Below are positions 34,942 to 47,912 of a DNA stretch of 64,000 nt, piece by piece. The stretch's first letter is position 1, and each line of letters starts with the position of its first letter. The notes under the pieces were generated by a model. It was not told where the DNA came from. It worked only from the letters and a program-made list of their open reading frames with translations, and searched no databases. The stretch comes from Desulfobacterales bacterium (lineage in GTDB: Bacteria > Desulfobacterota > Desulfobacteria > Desulfobacterales > SpSt-501): the NCBI GenBank assembly GCA_037481615.1, contig JBBFLI010000020.1. One strand, written 5' to 3'. The position numbers were made by a program, and so were the translations under genes.

Positions 34942-35925
34942 TCAGGGCTCGATGGCGGCGAGAAAGGATGCGAGATCGGGTTCGGGGCTGTTCAGGGCGA
35001 AATCGATCGCCGCGGCGAGCTCGGCCTCGACCCCCGACTCGACGGCGGCGACGGCCCCCGGTTCGTCGATGCGCCGGCGCAGGATCGCGAGCGGGTCGCG
35101 CTCCTTCCAGGCGGCAAGCCGCCCGGGGTCGATGTAGTGCCCCGGGTCGTTCGCATGGTGCCCCCCCCAGCGGAAGGTGCGGGCCTCGATCAAGGTCGGC
35201 CCCTCGCCGCGGCGCGCACGTGCGACGGCCCGGCAGGTCTCGCGCCAGACGTCGATCGCATCGTTGCCGTCCACGCAGATCCCCGGGACCCCGTAGGCCG
35301 GCCCGCGCCCGGCCAGCTCGCAGCAGCCGGTTGCGCACTCGATCGGCGTGGAGACGGCGTAGAAGTTGTTCTCGAGCAGGTAGATCACAGGCAGCCGGAA
35401 AACGCCCGCGAGGTTGAGCGACTCGGCGAAGACCCCGTTGTTCGAGGCCCCGTCGCTGAAGAAAGAGATGACGACCTGGTCGCCGCCCCGGACGCGGATG
35501 CCGAGGGCCGCCCCGGTCGCCAGCGGAATCCCCCCGCCGACGATGCCGTTGGCCCCCAGGTGGTTCAGGTCCGCGCTGGCGATGTGCATGGAGCCCCCGC
35601 GGCCGCGGCAGTAGCCGGTCTCGCGCCCCAGGATCTCGGCCATCATGAAGCGCAGGTCGGCTCCCTTGGCGATGCAGTGGCCGTGGCCGCGGTGGGTGCT
35701 GGCGATGTAGTCGTCGGGCCGCAGCGCGGCGCAGGCTCCCGCCGCCACGGCCTCCTCGCCGATGTAGGAGTGGAGGTAGCCGCGGATCAGCCCCTGGCGG
35801 TAGAAGTCGAGGCAGACCTCCTCGAAGCGCCGCGTGGCGAACATGTGGCGATACATCGTGAGCAGGAGCTCGCGGGGCGGAAGGACGGTTTCGTCGTCCG
35901 GGGCGGGGGTGACCATCGGTTGCAT
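34942..35925 (-). CDS. TPP-dependent 2-oxoacid/acetoin dehydrogenase E1 component, alpha subunit
   Basis: ...YRQGLIRGYLHSYIGEEAV...STHRGHGHCIAKG...GRGGSMH...GANGIVGGGIPLATGAA...SFFSDGASNNGVF.ESLNLA...LPVIYLLENNFYA carries the TPP motif. ATG 35925 or 35916. Confidence 0.9.
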   Translation of the reverse strand: MQPMVTPAPDDETVLPPRELLLTMYRHMFATRRFEEVCLDFYRQGLIRGYLHSYIGEEAVAAGACAALRPDDYIASTHRGHGHCIAKGADLRFMMAEILGRETGYCRGRGGSMHIASADLNHLGANGIVGGGIPLATGAALGIRVRGGDQVVISFFSDGASNNGVFAESLNLAGVFRLPVIYLLENNFYAVSTPIECATGCCELAGRGPAYGVPGICVDGNDAIDVWRETCRAVARARRGEGPTLIEARTFRWGGHHANDPGHYIDPGRLAAWKERDPLAILRRRIDEPGAVAAVESGVEAELAAAIDFALNSPEPDLASFLAAIEP

Positions 35926-36024
35926 CCCCTCGGCAAATGATCGACCGGCCCCTGCCGGGAGGCGGCCGGGAGAGTCCCTTGTGGAGGAAGCCGCTTTCGA
36001 AGTCAACCGAAAAAGCGCCGTGGG

Positions 36025-37536
36025 TCACCGACGGCCGGGGAAGGGCTTCTCGAAGCGCTCCGGCGGGGGGGCGCCGAGCAGGCGATGGTTGAGGGCGATC
36101 TCATGGCGCAGGCGGCAGACCCGCTCGGCGAGAGCGACACGCAACGCCGCCTCCGCGAGGCCGTTGCGGCCGCAGCCGAGGACGCCCACCCCCTCGAGGA
36201 GGAGGCAGCCGCCCCCTTCCTCGAGCAGCCGCGGCAGACCGGACTTCTCCGGGTCGGGGAGAAACGCGGAGGCCCGGGCCGCCAGCAGGCGGACCCCGGC
36301 ATGCCGGGCCTCGTCGTCCACGGGGAGGATTTCCGGATCCGGACCGGCGGCGGCCGTGATCGCGTGCGGGGCCGCGGCGAGGATGACGGCGCGGTACGGG
36401 GTCTGGGTGTGCACCAGCCGGTGCAGGGCGCCCTCGAGGCCGGCCGGTTCCTCTTCGAGCGGGCGGCGGACCCGCGGGATCGCCCAGCCGGGCGGGGCGG
36501 CGGCGGCCGGCAACCAGGCGATCTCGCGCGCGGAGAGCCGCACGCTCATCGAACCCGTCCCGTAAGCGCTCAGGCCGAGCGCGAACAACGCCTCGGCCCA
36601 GGCCGCAAGGCGGCCGCTGGCGGGCCGGGCGACGGGCCGGGGGGGAGCCTCGCCGGGCTCGGGGGCGAGAGCCGCGGGCGCGACGGAGGCGAGGGCGCCC
36701 GCCGCCGGGGCGCCGGCACGGGCGAGAAGGAGGGCGATCTGTGCACTCTGCTCGAAGACGCACAGCCGGTGCAGACAATCGGCCAGGCTGCGTCCCCGGC
36801 AGAAGGGCCCGTGCCCGGCGACGAGGACGAGCGGGCTTCCGGCGAGCGCGTGCGCAACGCCGGCGACCATTTCCTCGCCGGAGCCGAAGGACTCCCGGAA
36901 GGAGACAACCGGCACCGGACCCAGAATCCGTCTCCCCCAGAGGTCCGGCGGGTCGAACCACCGCCCGGGGGACGGGCGGTGGCCTTCGCGGCGCGGCGGC
37001 GACAGCAGCGGCGGTCTTCCGTCCTCCCCGTAGCCGAGGAGCCCGCCGAAGAAGGCGTGCGCATGGGCGCACGCGGCGGCCCCCGGCAACCGAAGCACCG
37101 CGCCATGGGTGGCGAGTTCCGAAGACGGACGTCCTCCCCCCTCCACGGCGAGGTCGGAGAGGCGCACCCGCACCAGTTCAGCGGGGCGGAGGTTGCCGAG
37201 GGGGGCTCCCGAGGCGGTGATCCAGAAACGGGAGGGGTCGGCGGGGTCGAGGGCGGAGAGATTCCCGCTGTGCGTGTGATTCAGCCCGGCATCCTGCAGG
37301 GCGGAGCCCACACGCCGGAAAGCAAGGCAGACCTCCGCCGGCGGGGGGATGGCGTGGGGGGTCCGGCGCAGAGGCTTGGCTCCTTGGGCGGCGCGAGCCG
37401 CGAAGCGAGCGCCTTCGCCGCCGCCAGCGGCGGGGGAGGCGGGCGCATCCGAAAATGATCTTGCTTCCCTGCGGTCGCCGATTCGCTCCCGCCGGCTGCA
37501 GGGGCTTCCCTTCCCCCGCCGCGGCGACCGCACCAC
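36025..37536 (-). CDS. Tandem class II aldolase/adducin-domain protein. The start is uncertain.
   Basis: First half: GLNHTHSGNLSAL...ITASGAP...SELATHGAVL...CAHAHAFF...AGHGPFCRG. The second half is more divergent (YGTGSMSVRL...LHRLVH...AAAPHAI...EGVGVLGCG). The first ATG (37536) lies only 11 nt from the tRNA-Pro 3' end, so a downstream non-ATG start is possible. Confidence 0.65.
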   Translation of the reverse strand: MVRSPRRGKGSPCSRRERIGDRREARSFSDAPASPAAGGGEGARFAARAAQGAKPLRRTPHAIPPPAEVCLAFRRVGSALQDAGLNHTHSGNLSALDPADPSRFWITASGAPLGNLRPAELVRVRLSDLAVEGGGRPSSELATHGAVLRLPGAAACAHAHAFFGGLLGYGEDGRPPLLSPPRREGHRPSPGRWFDPPDLWGRRILGPVPVVSFRESFGSGEEMVAGVAHALAGSPLVLVAGHGPFCRGRSLADCLHRLCVFEQSAQIALLLARAGAPAAGALASVAPAALAPEPGEAPPRPVARPASGRLAAWAEALFALGLSAYGTGSMSVRLSAREIAWLPAAAAPPGWAIPRVRRPLEEEPAGLEGALHRLVHTQTPYRAVILAAAPHAITAAAGPDPEILPVDDEARHAGVRLLAARASAFLPDPEKSGLPRLLEEGGGCLLLEGVGVLGCGRNGLAEAALRVALAERVCRLRHEIALNHRLLGAPPPERFEKPFPGRR

Positions 37537-37546
37537 GGGCCGGCGT

Positions 37547-37622
37547 GGTCGGGGCGGGGAGATTTGAACTCCCGACTCCCTGCTCCCAAAGCAGGTGCGC
37601 TACCAGGCTGCGCTACGCCCCG
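37547..37622 (-). tRNA. tRNA-Pro (anticodon TGG), CCA encoded
   Basis: CGGGGCGTAGCGCAGCCTGGTAGCGCACCTGCTTTGGGAGCAGGGAGTCGGGAGTTCAAATCTCCCCGCCCCGACCA folds by hand into a full cloverleaf with anticodon loop TTTGGGA. Confidence 0.9.
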
Positions 37623-37700
37623 CGATCGTGGCCCCTCTTAGCACGGCGAAATGCGGCCAGGCAAGTATGCGGCCGCCGCGGGGATGCGGCGCAACAGCGG

Positions 37701-37729
37701 TTGACACGGCTCGTCTTTGCCTCTATACT
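37701..37729 (+). promoter_or_regulatory. Near-consensus sigma70 promoter TTGACA-N17-TATACT upstream of tRNA-Leu/tig
   Basis: -35 at 37701-37706 and -10 at 37724-37729, followed by an AT-rich leader of about 110 nt before tRNA-Leu. Confidence 0.55.
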
Positions 37730-37844
37730 CTTGAAAGGAAATGAAATTTTTATCTTTCTGCCTGTGTTATCGACGCGTTAGGGCTTTTTGCCGGCGCGGG
37801 GGAGACTCTTGCGCCTCAAACCGAACCCGCAAGGGGCCGCGGCT

Positions 37845-37931
37845 GCGAGAGTGGCGGAACTGGTAGACGCACTGGACTTAGGATCCAGCTCTGGCGACAG
37901 AATGGGAGTTCAAATCTCCCCTCTCGCACCA
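37845..37931 (+). tRNA. tRNA-Leu (anticodon TAG), long variable arm, CCA encoded
   Basis: GCGAGAGTGGCGGAACTGGTAGACGCACTGGACTTAGGATCCAGCTCTGGCGACAGAATGGGAGTTCAAATCTCCCCTCTCGCACCA. Cloverleaf folded by hand, anticodon loop CTTAGGA. Confidence 0.92.
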
Positions 37932-38004
37932 GAACGAACAGACGGTCCGGGTCCCCGTGCGGGGCGGCCGCCCGAGGCGTACAATCCCCTCACGGATGGA
38001 GGAC

Positions 38005-39339
38005 ATGCAGGTTACCGTTGAAGACATCAGCAGCGTGAAGAAGACGCTCCGGGTCGAGATCCCCCGCGAGGAGGTCTCCCGGGAGATCGACCGCGCCTAC
38101 GACGAGGTGCGGCGCACGGCGCGCGTGAAGGGGTTCCGGCCCGGCAAGACGCCGCGTTCGGTGCTGGAGAGGATGTTCAAAAAGGAGATCCTCGAGGATG
38201 TGACCGCCCGGCTCCTGGAGCGCTCCTTCCTCGATGCCGTGCGCGAGCGGGAACTCCGGGTCGTCGGCCGGCCGCGGTTCGATGCCCCGGAGCTCAAGCC
38301 CGAAGAGCCCCTCGTCTACGCGGCGACCGTGGAGGTGGCCCCGCGGATCGGGGAGGTCCCCTTCCGGGGCCTCAAGCTCAAACGTCCCCGCTACCGCGTG
38401 AGCGAGGCGGAGGTGGAGGCTCACCTCAAGCGCATGCAGCAGCACCTGGCGCGGCTCGAGCCCCTGGCCGAGCCCCGGCCGGCCGCGGCCGGCGATGTGC
38501 TGCGCATCGATTTCGAGGGCTTCGAGGGCGGGAAACCCTGCCCCGAGACCCCGCGGACCGAGAATTTCACCGTCAAGCTGGGCGGAAGGCGGGTGCTGCC
38601 GGCCTTCGAGGAGGGGCTGACCGGGATGCAGGCCGGCGAGACGCGCGAGTTTCCGGTGACCTTCCCCCTGGATTACGAGAACGCGCGCCTCGCCGGCCGG
38701 GAGATCACCTTCCGCGTGACGCTCCGGGAGATCCGCACCGAGGTTCTGCCGCCGATCGACGACGACCTCGCCCGGCGGATCGGCCCCTACACGACGCTCG
38801 AAGAGCTGCGGGGGAAGATCGTCTCCCAGCTCGAGGAGGGCTACCGCAAGCGGGTCGAGCAGGAGCTGAACGAGCAGGCCTTCCGCCAGCTCCTCGAGCG
38901 GGTCTCCTTCGAGGTCCCGGAAGCGCTCGTCGAGGCCGAACTCGAGGGGATCCTCGAGGAGACCGAACGCGCCTTCGAGTCGCGCAACAGCACCCTCGAA
39001 GAGGCGGGCTTGAGCCGCGATTCGATCGCCGCGACCTACCGCGAGACGGCCGTGAACCAGGTCAAGCGGCACCTGCTGCTCGGGCGGATCGTCGAGCAGG
39101 AGAAACTCGAGCTGCCGCCGGAGGAACTCGAGCGGGCGATGGTCGAGATCGCCGGGCGCCTGCAGCAGCCGCTCTCGTTCGTCCAGAACTATTACCGCGA
39201 GATGCCCGAGAAGCTCGAGGCCCTGCGGCATGCGCTTCTCGAGAAGAAGGCGGCGGCGCTGATCCTGGAAACGGGCGAGATCGAGGACGTGGACCCCCCC
39301 GCCGAAGGGGGGGGGACGCAGAGCGGGGCGGCGGCCTGA
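38005..39339 (+). CDS. tig: Trigger factor
   Basis: MQVTVEDISSVKKTLRVEIPREEV...GFRPGKTPRSVLERMF (ribosome-binding signature), a PPIase-like middle region and a C-terminal arm. An alternative ATG is at 37996. Confidence 0.92.
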   Translation: MQVTVEDISSVKKTLRVEIPREEVSREIDRAYDEVRRTARVKGFRPGKTPRSVLERMFKKEILEDVTARLLERSFLDAVRERELRVVGRPRFDAPELKPEEPLVYAATVEVAPRIGEVPFRGLKLKRPRYRVSEAEVEAHLKRMQQHLARLEPLAEPRPAAAGDVLRIDFEGFEGGKPCPETPRTENFTVKLGGRRVLPAFEEGLTGMQAGETREFPVTFPLDYENARLAGREITFRVTLREIRTEVLPPIDDDLARRIGPYTTLEELRGKIVSQLEEGYRKRVEQELNEQAFRQLLERVSFEVPEALVEAELEGILEETERAFESRNSTLEEAGLSRDSIAATYRETAVNQVKRHLLLGRIVEQEKLELPPEELERAMVEIAGRLQQPLSFVQNYYREMPEKLEALRHALLEKKAAALILETGEIEDVDPPAEGGGTQSGAAA

Positions 39340-39377
39340 CGCCGCAGGATTTCTCATAGGAAGGAGAGCCAACCACC

Positions 39378-39995
39378 GTGCCACTGATTCCGATCGTGAT
39401 CGAGCAGAGCAGCCGCGGCGAGCGGGCCTACGACATCTATTCGCGGCTGCTGAAGGACCGCATCATCTTTCTCGGCTCGGCGATGAACGACGAGATCGCC
39501 AATCTCCTGATCGCCCAGCTGCTGTTCCTCGAGTCGGAGGACCCCGACAAGGACATCAACTTCTACATCAACTCCCCCGGGGGGCTCGTGACCGCCGGCC
39601 TGGCCGTCTACGACACGATGCAGTACATCAAGCCCGACATCGCCACCGTCTGCATCGGGCAGGCGGCGAGCATGGGGGCGCTCTTGCTGACGGCGGGGAC
39701 CAAGGGCAAGCGCTACTCGCTGCCCAACGCGCGCATCCTCATCCACCAGCCGATGGGCGGCTTTCAGGGGCAGGCCTCGGACATCGAGATCCAGGCGCGG
39801 GAGATCCTGCGGATGAAGGACACCCTGAACCAGATCCTCGTCCGCCACACGGGCAAGAGCCTGGAGCAGATCCAGCGGGACACCGACCGCGACTACTTCA
39901 TGAGCGCCCAGGAGGCCCGCGATTACGGCATCATCGACCATGTCATCGCCAACCGCGCGGATCTCGAGCGGCTGGATTCCACGGAGAAGAAATAG
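39378..39995 (+). CDS. clpP: ATP-dependent Clp protease proteolytic subunit
   Basis: ...[19 protein letters not shown]...INSPGG...[11 protein letters not shown]...ILIHQPMGG contains the Ser-His-Asp triad context. GTG start with SD AGGAAGGAGAG. Confidence 0.97.
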   Translation: MPLIPIVIEQSSRGERAYDIYSRLLKDRIIFLGSAMNDEIANLLIAQLLFLESEDPDKDINFYINSPGGLVTAGLAVYDTMQYIKPDIATVCIGQAASMGALLLTAGTKGKRYSLPNARILIHQPMGGFQGQASDIEIQAREILRMKDTLNQILVRHTGKSLEQIQRDTDRDYFMSAQEARDYGIIDHVIANRADLERLDSTEKK

Positions 39996-39996
39996 G

Positions 39997-41241
<1,245 letters not shown>

Positions 41242-41261
41242 GCCTGGTTTTCCCCCGATTC

Positions 41262-41293
41262 CCGCCCGCGGGCCTCCCCTGCCGCGGGCGGGA
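41262..41293 (+). terminator. Perfect 11-bp GC hairpin in the clpX-lon spacer (possible attenuator or partial terminator)
   Basis: CCCGCCCGCGG-gcctcccctg-CCGCGGGCGGG begins 21 nt after the clpX stop. It is followed by AGCGTTTCC, so there is no real U-tract. Confidence 0.3.
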
Positions 41294-41313
41294 GCGTTTC
41301 CGGGAGTGACCCC

Positions 41314-43755
<2,442 letters not shown>

Positions 43756-43792
43756 AGGCAGCGGGAGCCGGGGGCGAAGGGCACCTTCTGTC

Positions 43793-43821
43793 TTGACAGG
43801 ACCTGTCGATTCGGGTAGCTT
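43793..43821 (+). promoter_or_regulatory. Candidate promoter TTGACA-N17-TAGCTT upstream of tRNA-Val/tRNA-Asp
   Basis: -35 at 43793-43798 and a weak -10 at 43816-43821, 23 nt before the tRNA-Val 5' end. Confidence 0.35.
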
Positions 43822-43843
43822 TTCACTTTACTACAAGGGGTTC

Positions 43844-43916
43844 GGGCGGATAGCTCAGCCGGGAGAGCGTCGGCCTTACAAGCCGAAGGTCACAGGTTCG
43901 ATCCCTGTTCCGCCTA
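43844..43916 (+). tRNA. tRNA-Val (anticodon TAC), CCA not encoded
   Basis: GGGCGGATAGCTCAGCCGGGAGAGCGTCGGCCTTACAAGCCGAAGGTCACAGGTTCGATCCCTGTTCCGCCTA. Cloverleaf folded by hand, anticodon loop CTTACAA. Confidence 0.9.
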
Positions 43917-43974
43917 CCCCGCCGGTTCGAGGGGGGTCAGGCGGGAGGGGAGAAGCTGCATCACAGGTCGTTGC

Positions 43975-44052
43975 GGGGGCGTAGCTCAGTTTGGTTAGAG
44001 CGCCGGCCTGTCACGTCGGAGGTCGCGAGTTCGAGCCTCGTCGTCCCCGCCA
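43975..44052 (+). tRNA. tRNA-Asp (anticodon GTC), CCA encoded
   Basis: GGGGGCGTAGCTCAGTTTGGTTAGAGCGCCGGCCTGTCACGTCGGAGGTCGCGAGTTCGAGCCTCGTCGTCCCCGCCA. Cloverleaf folded by hand, anticodon loop CTGTCAC. Confidence 0.9.
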
Positions 44053-44058
44053 CTTTCT

Positions 44059-44098
44059 GCAAGGGCCCGAGAGCGATCGAAGGCCCTTGCTTCTTTTT
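44059..44098 (+). terminator. Rho-independent terminator after tRNA-Asp
   Basis: GCAAGGGCC-cgagagcgatcgaa-GGCCCTTGC (9-bp stem) followed by TTCTTTTT. Confidence 0.6.
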
Positions 44099-44161
44099 AC
44101 GCAATGCCCCAGCTCGCCGGGCCGGCCGTTTTCAAGCCCCGGGAAGCCGAAGGTTCGAGGC

Positions 44162-44755
44162 GTGGCGCCGTCCGGAATCGCCGCTCTGCTGATCCTGTTC
44201 GCGTTTTTCGTTCCCCAGCCGCTGCGGGCCGGGGGCGGGGAGGGCGTCGAGCGCGAAGCCGTCCGGCCGGGAGTCGTGGTGGCCGAGGTGCTCGAGGTGA
44301 AGGGCCGGGTCGAGGCCATCGACACGGCCCGCCGCTGGCTCACCCTCCAGGGGGCCCGCAACCGGCCTCTGCGGCTCAAGGTCGCCCCGGGGGTCAAACG
44401 GTTCGAGCAGGTCCGCAAAGGGGAGACGGTGGCGGTCGGATTCCTCGAGTCCGTCGCCGTGGCCATCCTGACGGAGCCCTCGCGCGCGAACGCGCCCCCC
44501 GTCGGGCGACTGCTCTCGGTCGCCCCCAAAGGGGGGGGAGGGGCCTTCATCGCCGAGACCTTCCGGCTGGACGCCGTCCTGGAAACGGTCGACCCCAAAG
44601 GACGACTGCTGACCGTCCGCGGGGCGGATGGGGCGCTGCGCGTCGTCCCCGTCTTTTCCGGGATCCACCGGAAGCTGCAGACCTTACGCCCGGGGCAGCC
44701 GCTTGCGCTCTGGCTCACGGAGCCGATCGCGATTCGCATCGAGAGGACCAAATGA
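44162..44755 (+). CDS. Hypothetical exported protein with two repeated beta-rich modules
   Basis: GTG 44162 gives the signal-like VAPSGIAALLILFAFFVPQPLRA. There is an internal duplication (VLEVKGRVEAIDTARRWLTLQG...LRLKV versus VLETVDPKGRLLTVRG...LRVVPV). Its stop overlaps the mlaA start (ATGA). Confidence 0.55.
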   Translation: MAPSGIAALLILFAFFVPQPLRAGGGEGVEREAVRPGVVVAEVLEVKGRVEAIDTARRWLTLQGARNRPLRLKVAPGVKRFEQVRKGETVAVGFLESVAVAILTEPSRANAPPVGRLLSVAPKGGGGAFIAETFRLDAVLETVDPKGRLLTVRGADGALRVVPVFSGIHRKLQTLRPGQPLALWLTEPIAIRIERTK

Positions 44756-45576
44756 AGAGGAACCCCCGCCAGGAACATCCGTGCGACCCGGGGACGGGGA
44801 CCCGGGGAAAGGGAAACGGCTGCAGCCGGCGGCGGGGTTTCGGGCGGTGGCTGCTGCCGGCCGCCGCCCTCGGGCTGATGTTTGCGATCTGCGGCCCGCC
44901 CCTGTCGCTTTACGCCGCCGAGGCCGCGCCGGCGGAGGAGGACGAAGAGGAGGACAACGGGCGTATCACCGTCTCCGATCCCCTCGAGCACCCCTTCAAC
45001 CGCGACATGTTCGTGCTGAACGATTTTCTCGTGCTCTACGTTCTGGAGCCGGCCGCCCGGGTGGAAAAAGCCGTCGTCCCCTGGGAGCTGCGCACCATGT
45101 TCCGCAATGTGCTCCGCAACCTCCGTTTCCCGGTGCGGTTCGTGAACAGCCTGCTCCAGGCGAAATGGGACAAGGCGGCCGACGAGTTCGCGGCCTTCTT
45201 CCTGAACACCACCGTCGGCTTTCTGGGAATGGCCGAAGCCGCCACCGCGGCCTTCCCCGGCCTGCAGCGGAGCCCCGAGGACATGGGGCAGACCTTCGCC
45301 GTCTGGGGGTGGGAGGAGAGCTCCTTCCTGACGCTTCCCTTCTTCGGCCCCACGACCCTGCGCGACACGCTGGGCAAGATCCCGGACATGATGCTCGACC
45401 CCCTCTCGATGGTGGGGAGCCTGACCACCTCCCTGGGCCTCCGCGCCGCCGAGACCGTCAACGACACGAGCTTCCGCATCGGGGACTACGCCGCGATCAA
45501 ACGCGCCGCGCTCGACCCCTACATCGCCATCCGGAACGGGTTCATCCAGAACCGCAACAAGCTCATCTCCGATTGA
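44752..45576 (+). CDS. mlaA: MlaA/VacJ-family outer-membrane lipoprotein
   Basis: [18 protein letters not shown]...[18 protein letters not shown]...[11 protein letters not shown]...[10 protein letters not shown]...[14 protein letters not shown]...DPY are the typical MlaA motifs. Confidence 0.8.
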   Translation: MKRNPRQEHPCDPGTGTRGKGNGCSRRRGFGRWLLPAAALGLMFAICGPPLSLYAAEAAPAEEDEEEDNGRITVSDPLEHPFNRDMFVLNDFLVLYVLEPAARVEKAVVPWELRTMFRNVLRNLRFPVRFVNSLLQAKWDKAADEFAAFFLNTTVGFLGMAEAATAAFPGLQRSPEDMGQTFAVWGWEESSFLTLPFFGPTTLRDTLGKIPDMMLDPLSMVGSLTTSLGLRAAETVNDTSFRIGDYAAIKRAALDPYIAIRNGFIQNRNKLISD

Positions 45577-45613
45577 ACACGGGGGACAAGGTCCTGCGGG
45601 GAGGCCGCCGGCC

Positions 45614-47212
45614 ATGAACCGTGAACAGCAGCAGCTGGCCGAAGGGATCCTTTTCACCGACGAGTACCAGCTCACCATGGCCCAGATGTACTTCCGCCAG
45701 GGCCTGCACGAGACTCCCGCCCAGTTCGACTACTTCTTCCGCGACTACCCGGACTACGGGGCCCACAAGGCGGGCTTCTGCGTCTTCGCCGGGCTGGACT
45801 GGCTGCTCGACTGGATGGCGGAGGCCCGCTTCGGGCCGGCCGAACTCGCCTGCCTCCGCTCCCAGACCGGCCGGGCGGGAACCCCGCTCTTCGCCGACGA
45901 TTTCCTCGCCTGGCTCGAGCGCAACGGCTCCTTCGATGCCCTGTCGCTGCGCGCCGTCGCCGAAGGGCGCGTCGTCCACCCCAACGTCCCCCTCGTCGTG
46001 GCGACCGGCCCGCTCGCGGCGGCGCAGGTGCTGGAGACGGCGCTGCTCAACCAGCTGAACTACCAGACCCTGATTGCGACCAAGGCGGCCCGCATCCGCG
46101 AAAGCGGCCGCGGCCAGCTCGTGGTCGAGTTCGGGGCCCGCCGCGGCCACGGCAAGGGCGTGATCGCCGGGGCGCGGGCGGCCCTGATCGGGGGGGCCGA
46201 CTACACCTCGAACGTGGGGATCTCCCACGTCCTGGGCCTTCCCCCCAAGGGCACGCACGCCCACAGCATGGTGCAGGCCTTCCTCGCCTTGGGGATGAGC
46301 GAACTCGACGCCTTCCGCGCCTTCGCCGAGACCTACCCCGACGATTGCGTGCTGCTCGTCGACACGATCGACACCCTCGGGTCGGGGATCCCCAACGCGA
46401 TCCGGGTCTTCGAGGAACTCCGGCGCCGCGGCCACCGGCCGGTGGGGATCCGCCTCGACTCGGGGGACCTCGCCCACCTGAGCCTGCAGGCGGCCCGGAT
46501 GCTCGACGCGGCCGGCTTCCCGGACACGACGATCTTTCTTTCGAACGAGCTCGACGAGCTGAGCATCTGGCAGATCCTGACCCAGATCGCCGAGGAGGCG
46601 GGCCGCAACGGGGTGGACGCCGACCGCATCATCGGCCGCCTCGCCTACGGCGTGGGCACGCGGCTGACGACCTCCGCGGGAAACGCCGCGCTGAGCGGCG
46701 TCTACAAGCTGGTCGCGCTGCGGCGGGAGGGCAAGTGGGTTCCGGCGATGAAACTCTCCGAGTCCCCCTCGAAGATCCCCATCCCGGGGGACAAGCGCGT
46801 CTGGCGTCTCTACGACCGGCGGGGCAAGGCGACGGCCGATCTCGTGACCACCCGCGAGGAGGACCCCTCCGCCCAGGAGGAGATCGTGCTCCGGCACCCG
46901 ACCGAGGCGAGCCTCCAGCGCCGGCTGCGCCGCGGCGAGATCCAGGCCGTGGAGCCGTTGCTCGAGGGGGTGCTCCAGGAGGGGCGGCGCCTGTCGCCTC
47001 GTCCTTCGCTCGAGGAGATGCGCTCCCGGCGCCGGGCGGACGTGGAGCGGCTCGACCCGGGGGTCAAGCGGCTCATGAACCCGCACATCTACCACGTCTC
47101 GCTTTCGGAGAAGATGTGGCAGCGAAAGCAGCGGCTGATCGCCGCGATGCGTGCCGGCCTGCCGCGGCGCGGGGGGCCGCCCCCCGGGCCCGACCCGTCT
47201 ACTTCCGCTTGA
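45614..47212 (+). CDS. Nicotinate phosphoribosyltransferase family protein
   Basis: [15 protein letters not shown]...[17 protein letters not shown]...[20 protein letters not shown]...FGARR...[11 protein letters not shown]...LLVDTID...IRLDSGD. Confidence 0.88.
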   Translation: MNREQQQLAEGILFTDEYQLTMAQMYFRQGLHETPAQFDYFFRDYPDYGAHKAGFCVFAGLDWLLDWMAEARFGPAELACLRSQTGRAGTPLFADDFLAWLERNGSFDALSLRAVAEGRVVHPNVPLVVATGPLAAAQVLETALLNQLNYQTLIATKAARIRESGRGQLVVEFGARRGHGKGVIAGARAALIGGADYTSNVGISHVLGLPPKGTHAHSMVQAFLALGMSELDAFRAFAETYPDDCVLLVDTIDTLGSGIPNAIRVFEELRRRGHRPVGIRLDSGDLAHLSLQAARMLDAAGFPDTTIFLSNELDELSIWQILTQIAEEAGRNGVDADRIIGRLAYGVGTRLTTSAGNAALSGVYKLVALRREGKWVPAMKLSESPSKIPIPGDKRVWRLYDRRGKATADLVTTREEDPSAQEEIVLRHPTEASLQRRLRRGEIQAVEPLLEGVLQEGRRLSPRPSLEEMRSRRRADVERLDPGVKRLMNPHIYHVSLSEKMWQRKQRLIAAMRAGLPRRGGPPPGPDPSTSA

Positions 47213-47762
47213 ACACCGAGCGCCAGCCCCCGCGTTCCGTCCCATTCGCCCGCGGGAAGCGGCAGATGTCGCGCGGCATGTCCGTGACCCAGAACGCCTC
47301 GGGGTCTTCCCGCGAGACCGTCTCGAGCCAGCGCGGCAGATCGCGCCGGCGGCAGGCGATGTAGAGCTCGTCGATCGGGCCCTGGAGGCCCTCGCCGTGG
47401 AACAGGGTGACCGGCTGACCTTCGGCGCGCAGCCGACGGGCGATTTCCGCGCCGGCGCGTCGCGTGAAGACCCGAAGCACGATATGGCCGAGCGCGATCC
47501 GGCGTTCGAGGGCGATTCCCAGGAGGTTCCCCGTGGCGAAACCGAAGGCGTAGAAAAGGGCGAGCAGCGGCTGCGTGCGCACCTGCTGGACGACCGTGCT
47601 CACCACCCAGATCCAGATCAGGATTTCGAAGATCGCCAGAAAGAAGGCGGCGGCGCTGCGGCCCTGGACGGTAATGATCGTGCGCACCGTGCCGAGGGAG
47701 ACGTCGCCGATGCGGGCGAAAAAGATGAACAGGCCGGTCACCAGGGTGTCGGAATCGAGCAT
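47199..47762 (-). CDS. DUF2179/UPF0316-type membrane protein
   Basis: [22 protein letters not shown]...[19 protein letters not shown]... plus a C-terminal soluble domain (RVFTRR...[11 protein letters not shown]). ATG 47762 is preferred and ATG 47837 is possible. Confidence 0.7.
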   Translation of the reverse strand: MLDSDTLVTGLFIFFARIGDVSLGTVRTIITVQGRSAAAFFLAIFEILIWIWVVSTVVQQVRTQPLLALFYAFGFATGNLLGIALERRIALGHIVLRVFTRRAGAEIARRLRAEGQPVTLFHGEGLQGPIDELYIACRRRDLPRWLETVSREDPEAFWVTDMPRDICRFPRANGTERGGWRSVFKRK

Positions 47763-47901
47763 GAGGCGCCCTCCGGAGGCAGGCGCACCCCCACGGGTTC
47801 CAAGGGAGAGCCGCGCGAGTTCTTGCAGAAACGGCATCCGAAGTCAACCGCGGCGGCCGGCGCGGTCGACGGCGAAGGGCGGGCAGGTCCTCGTCGTCGG
47901 A

Positions 47902-47912
47902 GGGGGGGGGGG
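47902..47912. repeat. Homopolymeric G11 (C11 on the minus strand) tract
   Basis: Counted directly as a-GGGGGGGGGGG-c. It lies 65-140 nt upstream of the two candidate starts of the DUF2179 gene. Confidence 0.9.

Noticed and set aside
37126-37140. An extra GGACGTCC octamer inside the aldolase-like gene, as a possible seventh repeat copy
   Set aside because: Only the 8-nt palindrome matches. The flanking CATT...ATATC part is absent, so this is a chance occurrence in a GC-rich coding sequence.
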